DNA of 32,394 nucleotides from Hydrurus foetidus (Eukaryota), in contig UYFQ01000694.1 in NCBI GenBank assembly GCA_900617105.1, positions 1-32,394 of the forward strand, written 5' to 3'. Shown one piece after another: positions 1 to 11,486 of the stretch. Made by a program: the position numbers and the translations under genes. The notes beneath the pieces were generated by a model. It saw nothing but the letters and a program-made list of their open reading frames with translations, had not been told where the DNA came from and did not search any database. Within the stretch, counting starts at the first letter, position 1. The number at the start of each line of letters is the position of its first letter.

Positions 1-184
1 ATTTCGAAGAGGTTTCTGAAATCGTGAGAAAGATACGAATAATGGAGTATGTACAAAACAGAATCGTTCTGTTGTACGATGGTTCAACGTAATTATGTCA
101 GATTTTACTGACTAAAAACCATAAAAATCCCTCGTGAGGGCAAAAATTAGGCCAAAAAATCTTCAAAAGATATTACGTTTGAGC

Positions 185-1243
185 TCAAACCTCGGTGGTT
201 GATCCCTCAATATTCCTGGGAACAAAACGCGACATGTTATTGTTCCTCAAGTATACATGGAGTGCATCACAGAGCCGGAGATTCTTCCAAGGCTCCCATG
301 TATTATGTGAGTCATCATAGTTGAGCCATTTTACATGGAACGACATCGTAGTCGGTTTCTTTTTATCACCCGAGTGATTAAGAACTTTCTCAACGAAATA
401 CTCCATGTAATCGCGACGTGCTGTATCAGCAGGTAAGCCCATCGAAGGGTCATAATTGAATATTTTAAGATTCGTTACATGTACACTATTGTGTTTATGT
501 GTAATTAAGTTCGCGAGAACATACTCGGATCCTTCAAAGGATACAACACGGAAAGGACCTTTCCATTTAGTGTGTAATCGAGTTGGAGGGTGTTCTTGTT
601 TTACCAAGACATACGACCCTATAGGGAACACTGTCAAACCGGATGTCGACTTTTTGTGTTTTTCATCACATTTTTGAAGTGAGTCGATTGCTGCATCGAG
701 GACTTTGTCCTGTATTTCGATTAAATCAGCTATGTATGTTGAATTTGAAGATGATACCATTGGTAACAAATGAGGTGTTAAAATTCCTCGATTCAAATCA
801 AGTTTATCCGCGAATAGGATAGATGCTGGACTTGCACCCGTACGTTTATTAACTGAACTATTAATAATTCGTTGTACGAACGGAATGCATTTTGCATAAT
901 GGACAAGAGACGGTGTATCGAACACCAGTCCTTTTAAATGTCTATTTATCTCTTTATTGACTCGTTCAACAATTGCATTCTCTTGAGAGGAGTAAGCTAG
1001 AGTGAGGTTATGGGGCGTACCCGTAAGATCTAAGAACTCTTTTATGAGATCATTAGCGAAATGGGATCCACGATCCGATCTTATCATGTTTGGCGAACCG
1101 AATCGACCAAAATGTGTTAATAAACTCTCCGCTGCAGATTCGGCAGTAGCGTCCTTACACCAGAACATTTCTGTCCATCTGGAGAAGGTGTCAATTATGA
1201 CGAGAATATACCCCTTATCGGGAAAAGGACCCACATAAGTCAA
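185..1243 (-). pseudogene. pol: Gypsy integrase core + GPY/F motif + chromodomain (frameshifted from upstream pol at ~1235)
   Basis: GPFP..ILVIIDTFSRW, IRSDRGSHF, ENAIVERVN (DDE), KWKGPFRV, and chromodomain FHVKWLNYDDSHNTWEPW. Confidence 0.93.
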
Positions 1244-1979
1244 TATTCAACGTATCGAAAATTGCGTGAGTGGAAGTTGAAAAATGAGCTGCATTGATTT
1301 TCGCATCAACCGCACTTAGTTTTTGACAACAAGGACAGTTTCGTATGTATGAACGTACGTGCTGTTTCATATTTTTCCACACTTGGTTTAGACTGTAAAG
1401 TCGAGTGAGGGTACGGTCGACACCGTTGTGACCAACAATTGCATTGTGGCACATCTGAATATGAAGTATTTGTTCATCTGTGGCCGGTTCGATAACCGTT
1501 AAAGCCGCCACACTTGTGGAAGAAGATGAAGATGATGATGAAAAAACATCTCTGGTAATTGTCAACGGTAGAGCAATTTCAGTAAGATTTGGACATAAAC
1601 GTGACAGCGCATCGGCTAATTCGTTATCCGATCCTTTAACAAAATGAACGGTGAAATCAAGTTCTTGCATTGCAATGAACCACCGTGCTACCATCGAAGT
1701 AGGGTTTTGTTTCATATATGTCAAATTCATATGATCAGTATGAATAGTGAATTTCCTATCTCGGATAAGGTAATCCAATTGTTGGCAGCAATAAAAGATA
1801 GCGTAAGCCTCCTTTTGTATTGTTGACCAATTAATCTGAGATGCAGATAGAGATTTGCTAATAAAAGCGATTGGTTTCCATTCGTCATTAATGACTTGGA
1901 ATAATACACCACCGATTCCATAATCAGATGCATCAGTATATAATCTGATGGGTGAGGTTTCATCGATGAAATACATCAA
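1215..1979 (-). pseudogene. pol: Gypsy RNase H + integrase HHCC zinc finger
   Basis: LYTDASDYGIGGVL, QKEAYAI, HTDH, NELADALSR; H..GH...CPCC. Confidence 0.93.
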
Positions 1980-4669
1980 TGGACAACGAGATACCGCGAT
2001 CTTTGTCTCATTGAATGCGTTTGTCCCTTCGAGGGTCCAAAAATTGGAGAGCGTTTAACCGCCTTTGGGTCCACCATCATGTGAAGTGGTTTTACCATTT
2101 CTGAGTGAAAAGGAACGAATTGACGGAAATAATTGGCTAAGCCAAGGAATCCCCGTAATGCCGTAACTTCTTTTGGAAGTGGAAAGTTGAGTACTGTCTC
2201 AATCTTTTCTTTCGACATGGATAAACCATCTTTGTCGATGACTCGTCCAACGTATTCGATACGTTTAAGACCGAATCGGCATTTCTTTGCTTTGAGTTTA
2301 AGATTTTTAAGTCTAAATCTCTCAAAGACTTTCCTCAAGTTCAAAAGAAACTCTGCTTCGCCCCGGCCATATACAATGCAATCGTCGAGATACATCTCGC
2401 AACAGCTGTATATGAGACCGTGAAGGACCGTTGTCACCATCTGCTCTTGAAAGTAAGAGGGGGCACGACAAGGGCCAAAAGGCAATCTCGTGAATTGAAA
2501 CACCCCCATGAAACATATAAATGCCGTATAGATTCGGTGGGGTGTATATAAGGGAGCTTGATGGTAACCCGCGGTTAAATCCATCACCCCATAAATATCC
2601 GGTTTTCGATTACCGATCCTCTCAAAGAGGTGTTTGATATTTGGTAGTGGAAAGGAGGCCGGCTCAATGCATTCATTGAGTGCGCGATAATCGATGCAGG
2701 TTCGATATGTATCGGCTGTCTTATTTACCATTACAGGATGACTGTAGTATGCAGCGTTCGACCTCTCGATCACACCATCTTCCAACATCTCTTCGATAGA
2801 AGTGCGGAGATAATGTTCCTTTTTAGAGGATTGGGGTCGCACTGGTGCGTGGTTCGATGGAACCTCCCATTTCTGCCGTGGCAGGTTTATCTCAAACGGC
2901 TTGAGGTCAGCAGCTTGCGGAGCTAGCTTATCACTGAATATATCAGCGAATTCAGAACAGAGAGTACGGAGATCCTTTTGAAGGCTTTCATCTCCTTCAA
3001 AATGAATCTGAGACAAGAAATCATCCGGCCCATTGGGCGGTACATTCCGGCACGTCTTGTCACGCAAGAAAGGTGCGAAGGTATCAGTTTTATCATCGTC
3101 AATCTCGTCAACGGAGAGTGCGACACCGCTTGGCCATATGGCTTCCGCGTCATAGTCTGATGTAACAGTGTCCCCAGAGGTATGTGTGAGGATGGGAATC
3201 GAGTCACCATCTAGGTGCGGGGTATCACCCGTACGTTTCGCGAGTACAGTCGAGACACTGTCCAGTCGCTGACAACCCACATCACCACATGGACTTTGGG
3301 TAGCTACTCCCTTGGTACCATCCTGGGTAACGTTACACGTGAACGTTGTATGACAACCTGACCCTACGACTTCCTTGGTTAGAGGTGCGTGCAGAATGGC
3401 CTTCTTAGGTGTTGGCTTTGGGCATAGACCGTATGGTTCTTTCCGATCCGAAAGTTTTGCTTTTGTGATACCCTTTAACATATCGTATGTTGGTGTAATC
3501 GACTCTACTTCCGGTTCTTCGGGTATGAAACCCTCAGATATCATACGTCTGGTGTATTTGTGCCAGTGAAGCGGGTCAAGCTTGGCTATCGCTTCCCTTT
3601 CTTCAAACTCGAGCCAACGAGCATCACGCTTCCTTTTGTTCTCGGCACTAAGCTCGGGAGAAATGCCAAAAGCGAAAGGTGTTAATGACATAAAATCATA
3701 TTTATTTACAGTTTTTCGACTTAGTAAAAGTTCAATGTCTGTGTTCCTATTAACCCGCATCGTTAAAGGGATGGTATGACATTCGCCGTCATAAGAATGA
3801 AATTTAAGAATTAAATCAATCATTTCGTTATTTATATAGCACTGGCCATCGAGACCAGAGCAAACAGTAATGGCTTTAGAAGCTGTATAACAGTTATGTT
3901 TAGCATTCAACTTATCAATCATAGTGAAAGAAATAAAATCCTCGGAGTAGTTGGCGGTATCGAGTACGGCCTTGCCCACAATGCGTCGTACGCTAGATTG
4001 GCGCTCCTTATCCTTATCCTGTACCAAAACCGTTACGTTGAGATGGTCAGAAGGTAGAATTGATGGATCATGCAAAAATTCATCGGGAATAATTGGTTGA
4101 ATGACAGATGCAGTAATGCATGATACTGAATGCTCTATGTCAGTGATATCAGAGGAATCGACATCATGATCATATGTACCTTGTTGGTTAGCAGAGCCGG
4201 TGCTCGCGTTGTTATCCCCGTGGGGAGGGTTGTATCTACCCCCTCGAGGGTTCTTCCCTTGGTACCCTCTGCCACCACCTTGGTTACCCCCAGGACCGGG
4301 GTTCCCTTGGTTGCGGTTTTGGTAGTTTTGGTTACCGTAACCTTGGTTCTGGTTACCTTGGTTTTGATTCCCACGGTTTCCGGAACCTTGGTTTTGGTTT
4401 CCCTGGTTTGGGTTGGACCCTTTACCTCCACCCTGGTTACCCTTGTGCTTCTTGTTGTTGCACATCAAGTAAGGGGGTGCCCCCGCAGGGTGGTATCTCT
4501 CCCTGGTTTCGTACCCAGGTAGGATGAGTCTCTCCTGCCACATAACTTCACCTTGTGCCAGCCATGCCTTACCTACAAACGAATCAGACCAGTTACAGCC
4601 GTGATCGTTGTTGGTATCGGAATAGTACATGACTGTACAATCTGTGCAGGGTTTCCGCATGAGCGACAA
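1976..4669 (-). pseudogene. pol: Gypsy Gag C-terminus (N/Q/G-rich), aspartic protease, long linker, reverse transcriptase
   Basis: AVLDTA protease; YRTCIDYRALN, MDLTAGYHQ, LPFG, MYLDD RT motifs; frameshift near 2040. Confidence 0.93.
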
Positions 4670-5567
4670 ACCCGGGCAGCGGACACTAGCGGTTCGTCCA
4701 GTGTCGAACGTACCGCTAGGTTGCTACTCCCACTTGGGATATCTACATCACGTATAGCTAGTGTGCTCGCCCGCTTTTTAGTAGAGCGGGGAGGAGGGAC
4801 TGCTGTACTCGGAAACGAGTAGACAATGTCAGGGTTGCCATAACTCCTGCTCATATGGATTGCCTCACGTGCCGCCGTGACGACTGCGATAATGCGCAAC
4901 ATGGCGACTTCCCACGTCTTGGGGGACTCATTGTCACGCGCTTTGTGAGCGACGTAATCACCCAAGATTCGGCTCCCTCGAGGGAGTCGTTTCTCAAGAA
5001 TCGCTATCAACTCGGCATGCTGAGATGCGGTGATATGACGGACACGTTCGTGATCCGTGGCGATCTCTTTGTACGCCATGTACGTTACTAACTCTTCCTC
5101 ATCAGAGGAAAGAGAATAGTGGAAAGGGACCTTAGCAAACAGTTCTGCTAAGGTATGATCCCCTTGTTTGTTCTTGCAAAAGTATTGCATTACCAACTTG
5201 CCAACACTCTCTATCGGAAGGAGGTTTTGCCAATTAAGGCGTTGCTCGTTGGTAATAACTGCCAGTGTCGACTGATCAGTTAAGATTTTAACATGAAGCA
5301 AATCGATTGCTTGACGTTGCATGCATTGTTTAATATGCAAGTGAGGCAAGCGTTGTGCTTGCTCATAGAATTCTTCAGCATCCTGCGGAGTAATATAATC
5401 TCCCCGTAGGATGAATATCTCACGCTGGATCTGAAGCGTCTGGGGAACCCCATGCTTGACGATTGTGAGCTTTGTGAGATGTTAAGGATGTTTCCTTCCT
5501 CATCAACCTCATGCTCGTTGTCTGGCTCGTTTGGCTCAGGCTCAGGATGTAGATCGTTGTCTTCCAT
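4573..5567 (-). pseudogene. gag: Gypsy-A gag (ORFs 5280-5567 and 4573-5349 joined by a frameshift)
   Basis: Aligns by eye with Gypsy-D Gag (TLAELFAKVPFHY vs TLAEVFSKVKFQY; YGNPDIVYSFPST vs YGDTSIVHTFPPT); degenerate knuckle CRSCG. Confidence 0.8.
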
Positions 5568-6123
5568 CTCCTATCGTAGGATGAGCAATCGATATAAATC
5601 GAGTTGTATCGAAGCGAGGACGAGCTTTCCTCGTCATTGCGAGAGCTTCGCCTCGTTCGCGTATCGGGTACTTTACGCAAGTAACAGCGAATAAAGGAAT
5701 TCCAACCCACTCTTGTCGAGAAAAATTCTATGGCGTGAAAGCCGAATTTTGGGTGATGGAAAATGTTGGGTCCTGTTAAGGATGAAGGAAGAACTTCCTT
5801 TCGACCAAAAGACGTCCTTAGACTAATCTGATGTCTCTAGCAGTGGAACCAGTGTCCAAATTGCTAATTTCGAGTTGGGAAGCCTCTCGCGACTTCGACC
5901 AAAAACGAACTTTTGAAAACACCTTTCGGAGGGTTTCAAGCAGGAAGCAGCTATGCCAAACTCCTGTAAACTTAAACTAAGTTCTCGGAGCTTCGGGCTC
6001 AGCGAGAAAACGACTCCTCGGAAGTCGTGGAGTGAATCTACTCCGTTGGAAGTCTATCTAAAGATTTGGCCAAGTAGATAGGTAGGGAAAGAAGCGAAGA
6101 AGGATGAGTGGGAATAGCGCTAT

Positions 6124-6317
6124 TACGACTCGGATGGGAAAGGAAGAGGTGGAAGACTGGGAGAGGTAGTTAGTTACAGCTAAGGCTAGAAGCCAGGGTT
6201 AACTTCTACGTGGAGGCTGTAAGTGGCTACGACGATACAACAGACTGTAGTGTACGGTGAGTAGTGTACCGTAGTACCATCCGGTAGGATCGGGACCTTG
6301 GACCCGGAACTACCACA
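6124..6317 (-). repeat. Putative 5' LTR of Gypsy-A (~195 bp; inner boundary approximate)
   Basis: Starts with TG at the insertion junction. Size and pyrimidine-rich end resemble the Gypsy-D LTR, and it is followed by a 12-bp palindrome as in Gypsy-D. The partner LTR is not in the window. Confidence 0.6.
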
Positions 6318-7841
6318 GATCTCCTGATGTCCAGCCGTCGACATCGGCAGATTTCAAAGTCCTGATGGTTGTGAGTTGGTTCAGCGAGTATCCTGCTAGA
6401 TTCTTCGCCGATGCAACTCCTTTGGGATATCCAATAAGTGATCGATGGGAATCTAACACACCGATTGGTTTCTTGAAAGGAAACTTCGGTGGAGTCTTTT
6501 GATCTTTCTTTGGAGGAGGTGAGTCCTTGTTGGGCTTCTTGTCAGATGGTGCTCCCTTGCCTGGCGGTGCTGATGCATGTGAATACTTGCATAATGAATC
6601 ATTGGTACATAGGCCAGTGATGTGACGTCTGCACAGCTCTATGGTTGGGGTGAGGGAGGCCATCTTGTGAGCTACCGCTGGGGCAGGATCAAGAAGTGCA
6701 AGATACTTGATGGTGTCTTCGTAGGATGCCTTTAATGTCTTTGATGATGCCATGATTGATAGGACACTGAATCTTGCATCATGCTCCAGCTTTTCTTGTA
6801 GATGATGAAGCTTTTGATCATCGGTGACGGGCACGCCACTTGCGACTTTGAGGACTCTGAAGGCCTCTGCGATGGTTGCCATATTCTCCTGAATGGTTTG
6901 TGTGGACTTGAGCTTCAGGGAGTGGAGCTGATCCGTTGCCTTCCTGATGTCGCTGTTCTTGGTGCCGTTGATGTGGTCGTAGATAGTCTTAAACCATAAG
7001 ACCGCATCGTTGTTGGCAATTACACGCTTGATCAAATAATTTAAATCCTTCCCAGTAACCATATTGTGAATAACCAATGGTCGATCCAAATCGTGTAATC
7101 TTTTGTAGATGTCATCAGCTGGGATGACATCATACAGTCCTTCTTCTGCTAATACCAGTGACCTAGATGAGTATCCTCCAGGGTTCCGAGCAGTGATGAC
7201 TGGTAATACACGATCGCCTTTGGCTAATGTAAGAAGTTTACATTCACCTAGAGCGACCATGAAAGATTCCATATTGTCGCAGTTGTCCTTCCCAGAGTTG
7301 GAAAACTTGGGCATCGAAAAGAAGAATTTCGACTGCGCAGAAGTAGTATCCAGATATTCTGATATGGGCACCGATAGCAGAGAAGAAGCCTTGGGTGTGG
7401 AGATCATTGGATTTGGAGCAGATCCAACTGTTGATTTCGGTTGGGAGACCAACGGTGGAGGCTGTTGGATCTTAGAAGACATGATTTCGAGAAGCCTTGC
7501 CATGTCGGCGAAGGAAAATCTTGTCTCCGCATCCTGAGCCTCCAAATTGTCCGAAAATGAACTTGTCGCTGTGGCTCCGAGATCCGCGCCCGAGGTGCTA
7601 GAGGTGGTGTCGGAACAGCCTCCTGATTTTGGAGGGCTAATTCCACCTCGTCTAGAAAATGATTATTTGGATTTTCTAAAGGAAGAATTGCTCCTGTCCT
7701 AGATCTTGTAACTCGACCAGTGAAGATGGGTTGAGCTGCTTCGATCAGAGTTCTGAACGGATGTGTAAGAAGGTCGGCAAGAGCCGGCGGCGAGTCTGTG
7801 TTGCACAGCTCGAACTCGTCTTCAGATCCATTATCACTCAT
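6318..7841 (-). pseudogene. gag: Copia-B gag with CCCH zinc finger (ORFs 7404-7841 and 6310-7545, frameshift ~7550)
   Basis: LLTLAKGDRVLPVITARNPGGYSSR and DDIYKRLHDLDR match Copia-C LLTLIEGHRTEPIMTEINTHGLSNR and DDAFHYIHDNDR; CRRHITGLCTNDSLCKYSH. Confidence 0.78.
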
Positions 7842-7916
7842 GATTGCAGGGTTCTGAAAGTTGAGGAAGGAAATTCAGAATCCTGGAATCCACGGCAATT
7901 GATTAATCACTATAAA

Positions 7917-7928
7917 CAATCGCTACCA
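7917..7928 (-). promoter_or_regulatory. Primer-binding site TGGTAGCGATTG (tRNAi-Met type)
   Basis: Directly abuts the LTR end CA; the same 12-mer occurs at 16084-16095. Confidence 0.85.
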
Positions 7929-8780
7929 TGTAAGACTAAATACAAGATGCCACCTTCTAGCGTTTGCAGCGAAGGAGGAGAAGCAGCTGCAGGCTACTGT
8001 CTCAATTCAGTGAGCTATCGAGTAGACGAAGCTGTGAAGTACAACGTATTAAATTCTGATTAGAGTTTACAGATAGCCACACGAAAGAGCTATCGGAACA
8101 ATGAAACTACCTTGAGACAAAGTTCACAGCGAGATGTGTTGTTCAAAGCATATGCTTGAGGAACGTAGCATGAATGCTTACAGTGACGAAGTGTTTTGGC
8201 GATACTGAAGAATCATGAAAAGCGAACGTTCATTTGCGTGAGGTCAGAGGGTTCGTACTAACTGATACATGGCGATAGTACAGGGGTACGTATGCATGTA
8301 TATGTATATGAACGTACATGCGTGAGTACTAACTGCTATATGGCGATATTATAGGAGTACGTATGCATGTATATGTATAAGAACGTACATGCGTAGGTAC
8401 AGTGGTACTTACGTATTTACACCTATACATCTATGTACTACGCTATCGGCGATCGTACATACGTACATATTAGATATGTACATACATGTGCAAGTACGTG
8501 TGTGTATGTATGCATATAATAATTTGTACTAACATGTGCGCGTACGTGTGTACTTGTGTATGTGACCATACAAGTGTACGCTATGCTACATGCGTGCGTG
8601 CGTGCGTACGTACGAACATACATATTGACTATGTACGTACATGTGTAAGTACATGTGAGTACGTCTGCATAAATGAGTATGCACTAACATGTGTAAGTAC
8701 GTGTGTACGTGTGCATGTTATCATATCTGCATGTGTACTTACGTGTATATATTTGTAACTATATTTGCAACTATATTACA
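7929..8780 (-). repeat. Putative 5' LTR of Copia-B (~850 bp)
   Basis: Inner end fixed by the PBS. Outer end inferred from the TGTAA/TTACA terminal inverted repeat at 8776-8780. Confidence 0.6.
8255..8757. repeat. Two 71-bp tandem units (8255, 8326) followed by an alternating purine-pyrimidine (RY)n low-complexity tract
   Basis: gtactaactg..atggcgata..tacgtatgcatgtatatgtat..aacgtacatgcgt occurs twice, followed by tacgtac/atgtgt/gcgtgcgt arrays. Confidence 0.85.
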
Positions 8781-8943
8781 ACAGACAAGACTTGATAGAA
8801 TCGAGTGGTCTGACAAACACCGTTGATTTCTTCACTCGAAACGTTATTCATGAAGAATTTACCTCCTTTTTTTTACATTTTTTTTGGAGGAATTTATTCA
8901 GTAAGAGTCTGACATCATCGTTTTCGAAGTTTCTCATTTTTTC

Positions 8944-9458
8944 TGTGAGTCGCCAGGCGTTGGTACGAAGTCGGGAGGACATATCGTGGATGGCCAAACG
9001 AAGATAGAAGGTTTGGTTAGAATATTCTTTTTATAGAATTAGAAACTGGCGCGGAGGCCACAAAGCATAAATTCATGTTGCATATCATTTCTACCTGCCG
9101 TACAATATAAGATCTCAGACGTCATGTGCATGCAATTTGACTGGCTCTCGCAGATTTACATCTGCGTTGTTGTATAGGCGAGATAGTAGCTACCCAACTG
9201 TAAATATGACGTTTGTACCAAAAGCTAGACTTTTGGTACCAAGTACCGGATAAATACTACACAGCTGTGATTATAACGGTGTAACAATGGCAATATACGT
9301 GATACGAATTGGCATTGAGGAAGCGACTTGGTGCACATTGCAAACCAATAACAATCTACAAAATGAGTTTACTTACGATATCCTATCATGCTAATTGTTG
9401 ATTATACAAATGGCTATATACAGCTATAACTAGCACTTATCGCTGTTATATACCGACA
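8944..9458 (-). repeat. 3' LTR of Copia-C (515 bp)
   Basis: On the minus strand it reads TGTCGG...CTCACA and is preceded by the PPT CGGGGTG. The first 197 bp (+ strand) match 16096-16292 with 4 substitutions. Confidence 0.85.
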
Positions 9459-9466
9459 CACCCCGT
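9459..9466 (-). promoter_or_regulatory. Polypurine tract of Copia-C (ACGGGGTG)
   Basis: Immediately precedes the 3' LTR; same GGGGTG|TGT pattern as Copia-E. Confidence 0.7.
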
Positions 9467-9506
9467 AATCATCAATTGCCTTTATAATATTTTTCTTAAA
9501 AGTCAT

Positions 9507-9692
9507 CATGTCATCTCTGATCAAACTCTCATGAGCTTATTGAACTATTTTATGTCATCTTTGATTAGACAATCATAATATTTTATCTTATCATTTTATA
9601 TTCATGTCATCTCTGATTAGATAATCATGATATTTTTTATACTTTTTATTTATTTGAATTCATGTCATCTCTGATTAAACAATCATAATATC
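9507..9692. repeat. Four copies of a ~30-bp core (CATGTCATCTCTGATTARAYAATCATRATA) with AT-rich spacers in the Copia-C 3' UTR
   Basis: Copies start at 9507, 9551, 9603 and 9661. Confidence 0.85.
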
Positions 9693-9701
9693 CAAATTCA
9701 T

Positions 9702-10226
9702 TTAGTTTGACATTTTGTCACTTTGCTTTACTTTTATTACTCTCAAGGATTTGTCAACAATCTCATTTGTTAACTTTTCAAATACTTGTTTTGTTACTCT
9801 TTTCGTTCCAATATCTGAATTATTATCAGATGATGCTATTTTGACTAGCACACACGTTCCATCGGCATATTTTTCTTTTAGGAAGTTCTCAGTTATTTCT
9901 AAGTGACGTAGTCCTCTTGTCATATGAGTAATTATTGATGCATCTACACATGCCTTATTGTCTTCTTCAATTCTCGTGGGTGCCTGTAGCCAACCCATTT
10001 GACTTAGCATTCCACGGTTTGCTATCACCTCAGCCTTAAGAGTGTGATTAACCGCTTTTATTTCAGATTCTGCTGTTGACGTTGATATGCTGCCCTGATC
10101 TGTTGAGCACCAGCATATTAATGATGGACCTAAATATCCGAGATATGATGTCTGCGAATGAAGGTTATCAAGATTGCCTGCTAAGTCAGCATCGCATTGA
10201 AATCTTAACTGAAGAAACTCAGTCAT
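9702..10226 (-). pseudogene. pol: Copia RNase H
   Basis: CDADLAG, STSTAESEIKA, EDNKAC, RHLEI, DNNSDIGTK. Confidence 0.92.
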
Positions 10227-11486
10227 TGTCTTAATGTCTTTGGGCCATCATGTGTCTTAAATTTTAATCTATCTGATTTTGACATTTTAACATATCTTAA
10301 TAAATGTTTAGCAAATTCTATATGTCGTGGTCCAGGATTGTTACCGTATCGGGACAATACATTTAGTGCGTACATTATTGACACTAATGTATGTACCATA
10401 CCATACATTAATTGACCGACAACTCTACGATATGGAAATTTGCTACACTCAGATAATTGTGCAGGAGATGCATTGTCTAATTTGGATAGACTAGTTTTGT
10501 CTAGCGGATATGGTAATGATTCATCCTTAGCGTTTTTCATTCCAATACCGTCTATAATTTCTTCAACCATTCTTGTTTGATCCATAAAATAATTAAAGTT
10601 CTCATCACATGTGATACGGATTCCAACAAATTCTTTATCTGAACAGTCTGTTACTTTATATTTGTGTTTATTAAAATTCTTTCCACTCATTTAAATCTTT
10701 CTTATCTCCAAACCAGCGAAAGTCATCGCTATGTACTATTAGAATTATTATTCTTTCTTCTTTCCATTTGTGAAATAATTTGGGATCCCATGGAGTATTC
10801 TTGTATCCACATTCTTTGACACACATGTCTAACTTAATACTGAAATTTCTTCCTGAATTGGGATTCCCGTATACATTTCCTAATGATTGGATGCACATTC
10901 CTTCAGGAATACTGTATCCTTCTGGAGTCTTAATGAATATTGGATACGCTTCATTTGCTCTTGTAACTAAATAAGCACCTTCCAAATCTCCACCCCGCAT
11001 TGTGCATTTATATGCAGCAGCAATAGCTACGGCTATTTTGATTGATGTTGCTGATACATTGCCACAATACACATCATTTGGATGGTAGTGGACGTATGGC
11101 TTCATTAAATCACCCCGTGCTACAAGGCGCGCTTTCAGTGTGCCATCAGTTTTGATGTTGAATAGCCACATCATTGATACGAGTTGTTGTCCATTATATG
11201 GAACAACTGTGAAACAATCATTTTTGTCAAATTTTTCACATTCCTTATCTATTGCAGCTTTCCAAGCTGGTATATGTACTGCTTGTTTAAAGCATTTGGG
11301 TACACGAGGATCTATTGGTACACCTAATTTTGAGTAGTGTTGTGTTTCACACATACTTAGAGCGTATTCTTCATTTCTTACATTCATATTATACCAATAT
11401 ACAGGATCATTATTTTCATCTGTGTATGGCATATTGACTATATTGATATTGTTTTTCATTTGTGTCTTCAAAAGGAATAGGTTCAT
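10223..11486 (-). pseudogene. pol: Copia reverse transcriptase (two frameshifted ORFs)
   Basis: WKAAIDKE, LKARLVARG, DLEGAYL, IVHSDD, PYRRVVGQLMY. Confidence 0.92.

Larger units (their letters stand above)
1..6317 (-). mobile_element. Gypsy-A: Ty3/Gypsy chromovirus LTR retrotransposon, degenerate; 3' LTR lies beyond the left edge of the window
   Basis: Domain order gag-PR-RT-RH-IN-chromo on the minus strand. Begins with TGTGGTAG at 6317, where the Copia-B gag ORF is abruptly cut. Confidence 0.93.
6318..8780 (-). mobile_element. Copia-B: 5' part (LTR, PBS, gag) of a Ty1/Copia element interrupted by Gypsy-A
   Basis: PBS identical to Copia-C, Gag homologous to Copia-C Gag, LTR-like segment bounded by TGTAA...TTACA. 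Confidence 0.8.

Noticed and set aside
8438..8758. Cys/Val/Tyr-rich and His/Thr-rich ORFs
   Set aside because: Translation artefacts of the RY repeat.
9507..9692. CRISPR-like repeat/spacer appearance
   Set aside because: Degenerate repeats, short low-complexity spacers, no cas genes, and located inside a eukaryotic retrotransposon UTR.
10722..10740. HSDD (Copia-C) and HVDD (Copia-E) instead of YxDD
   Set aside because: His at this position is a known variant among Copia RTs and is not notable alone.
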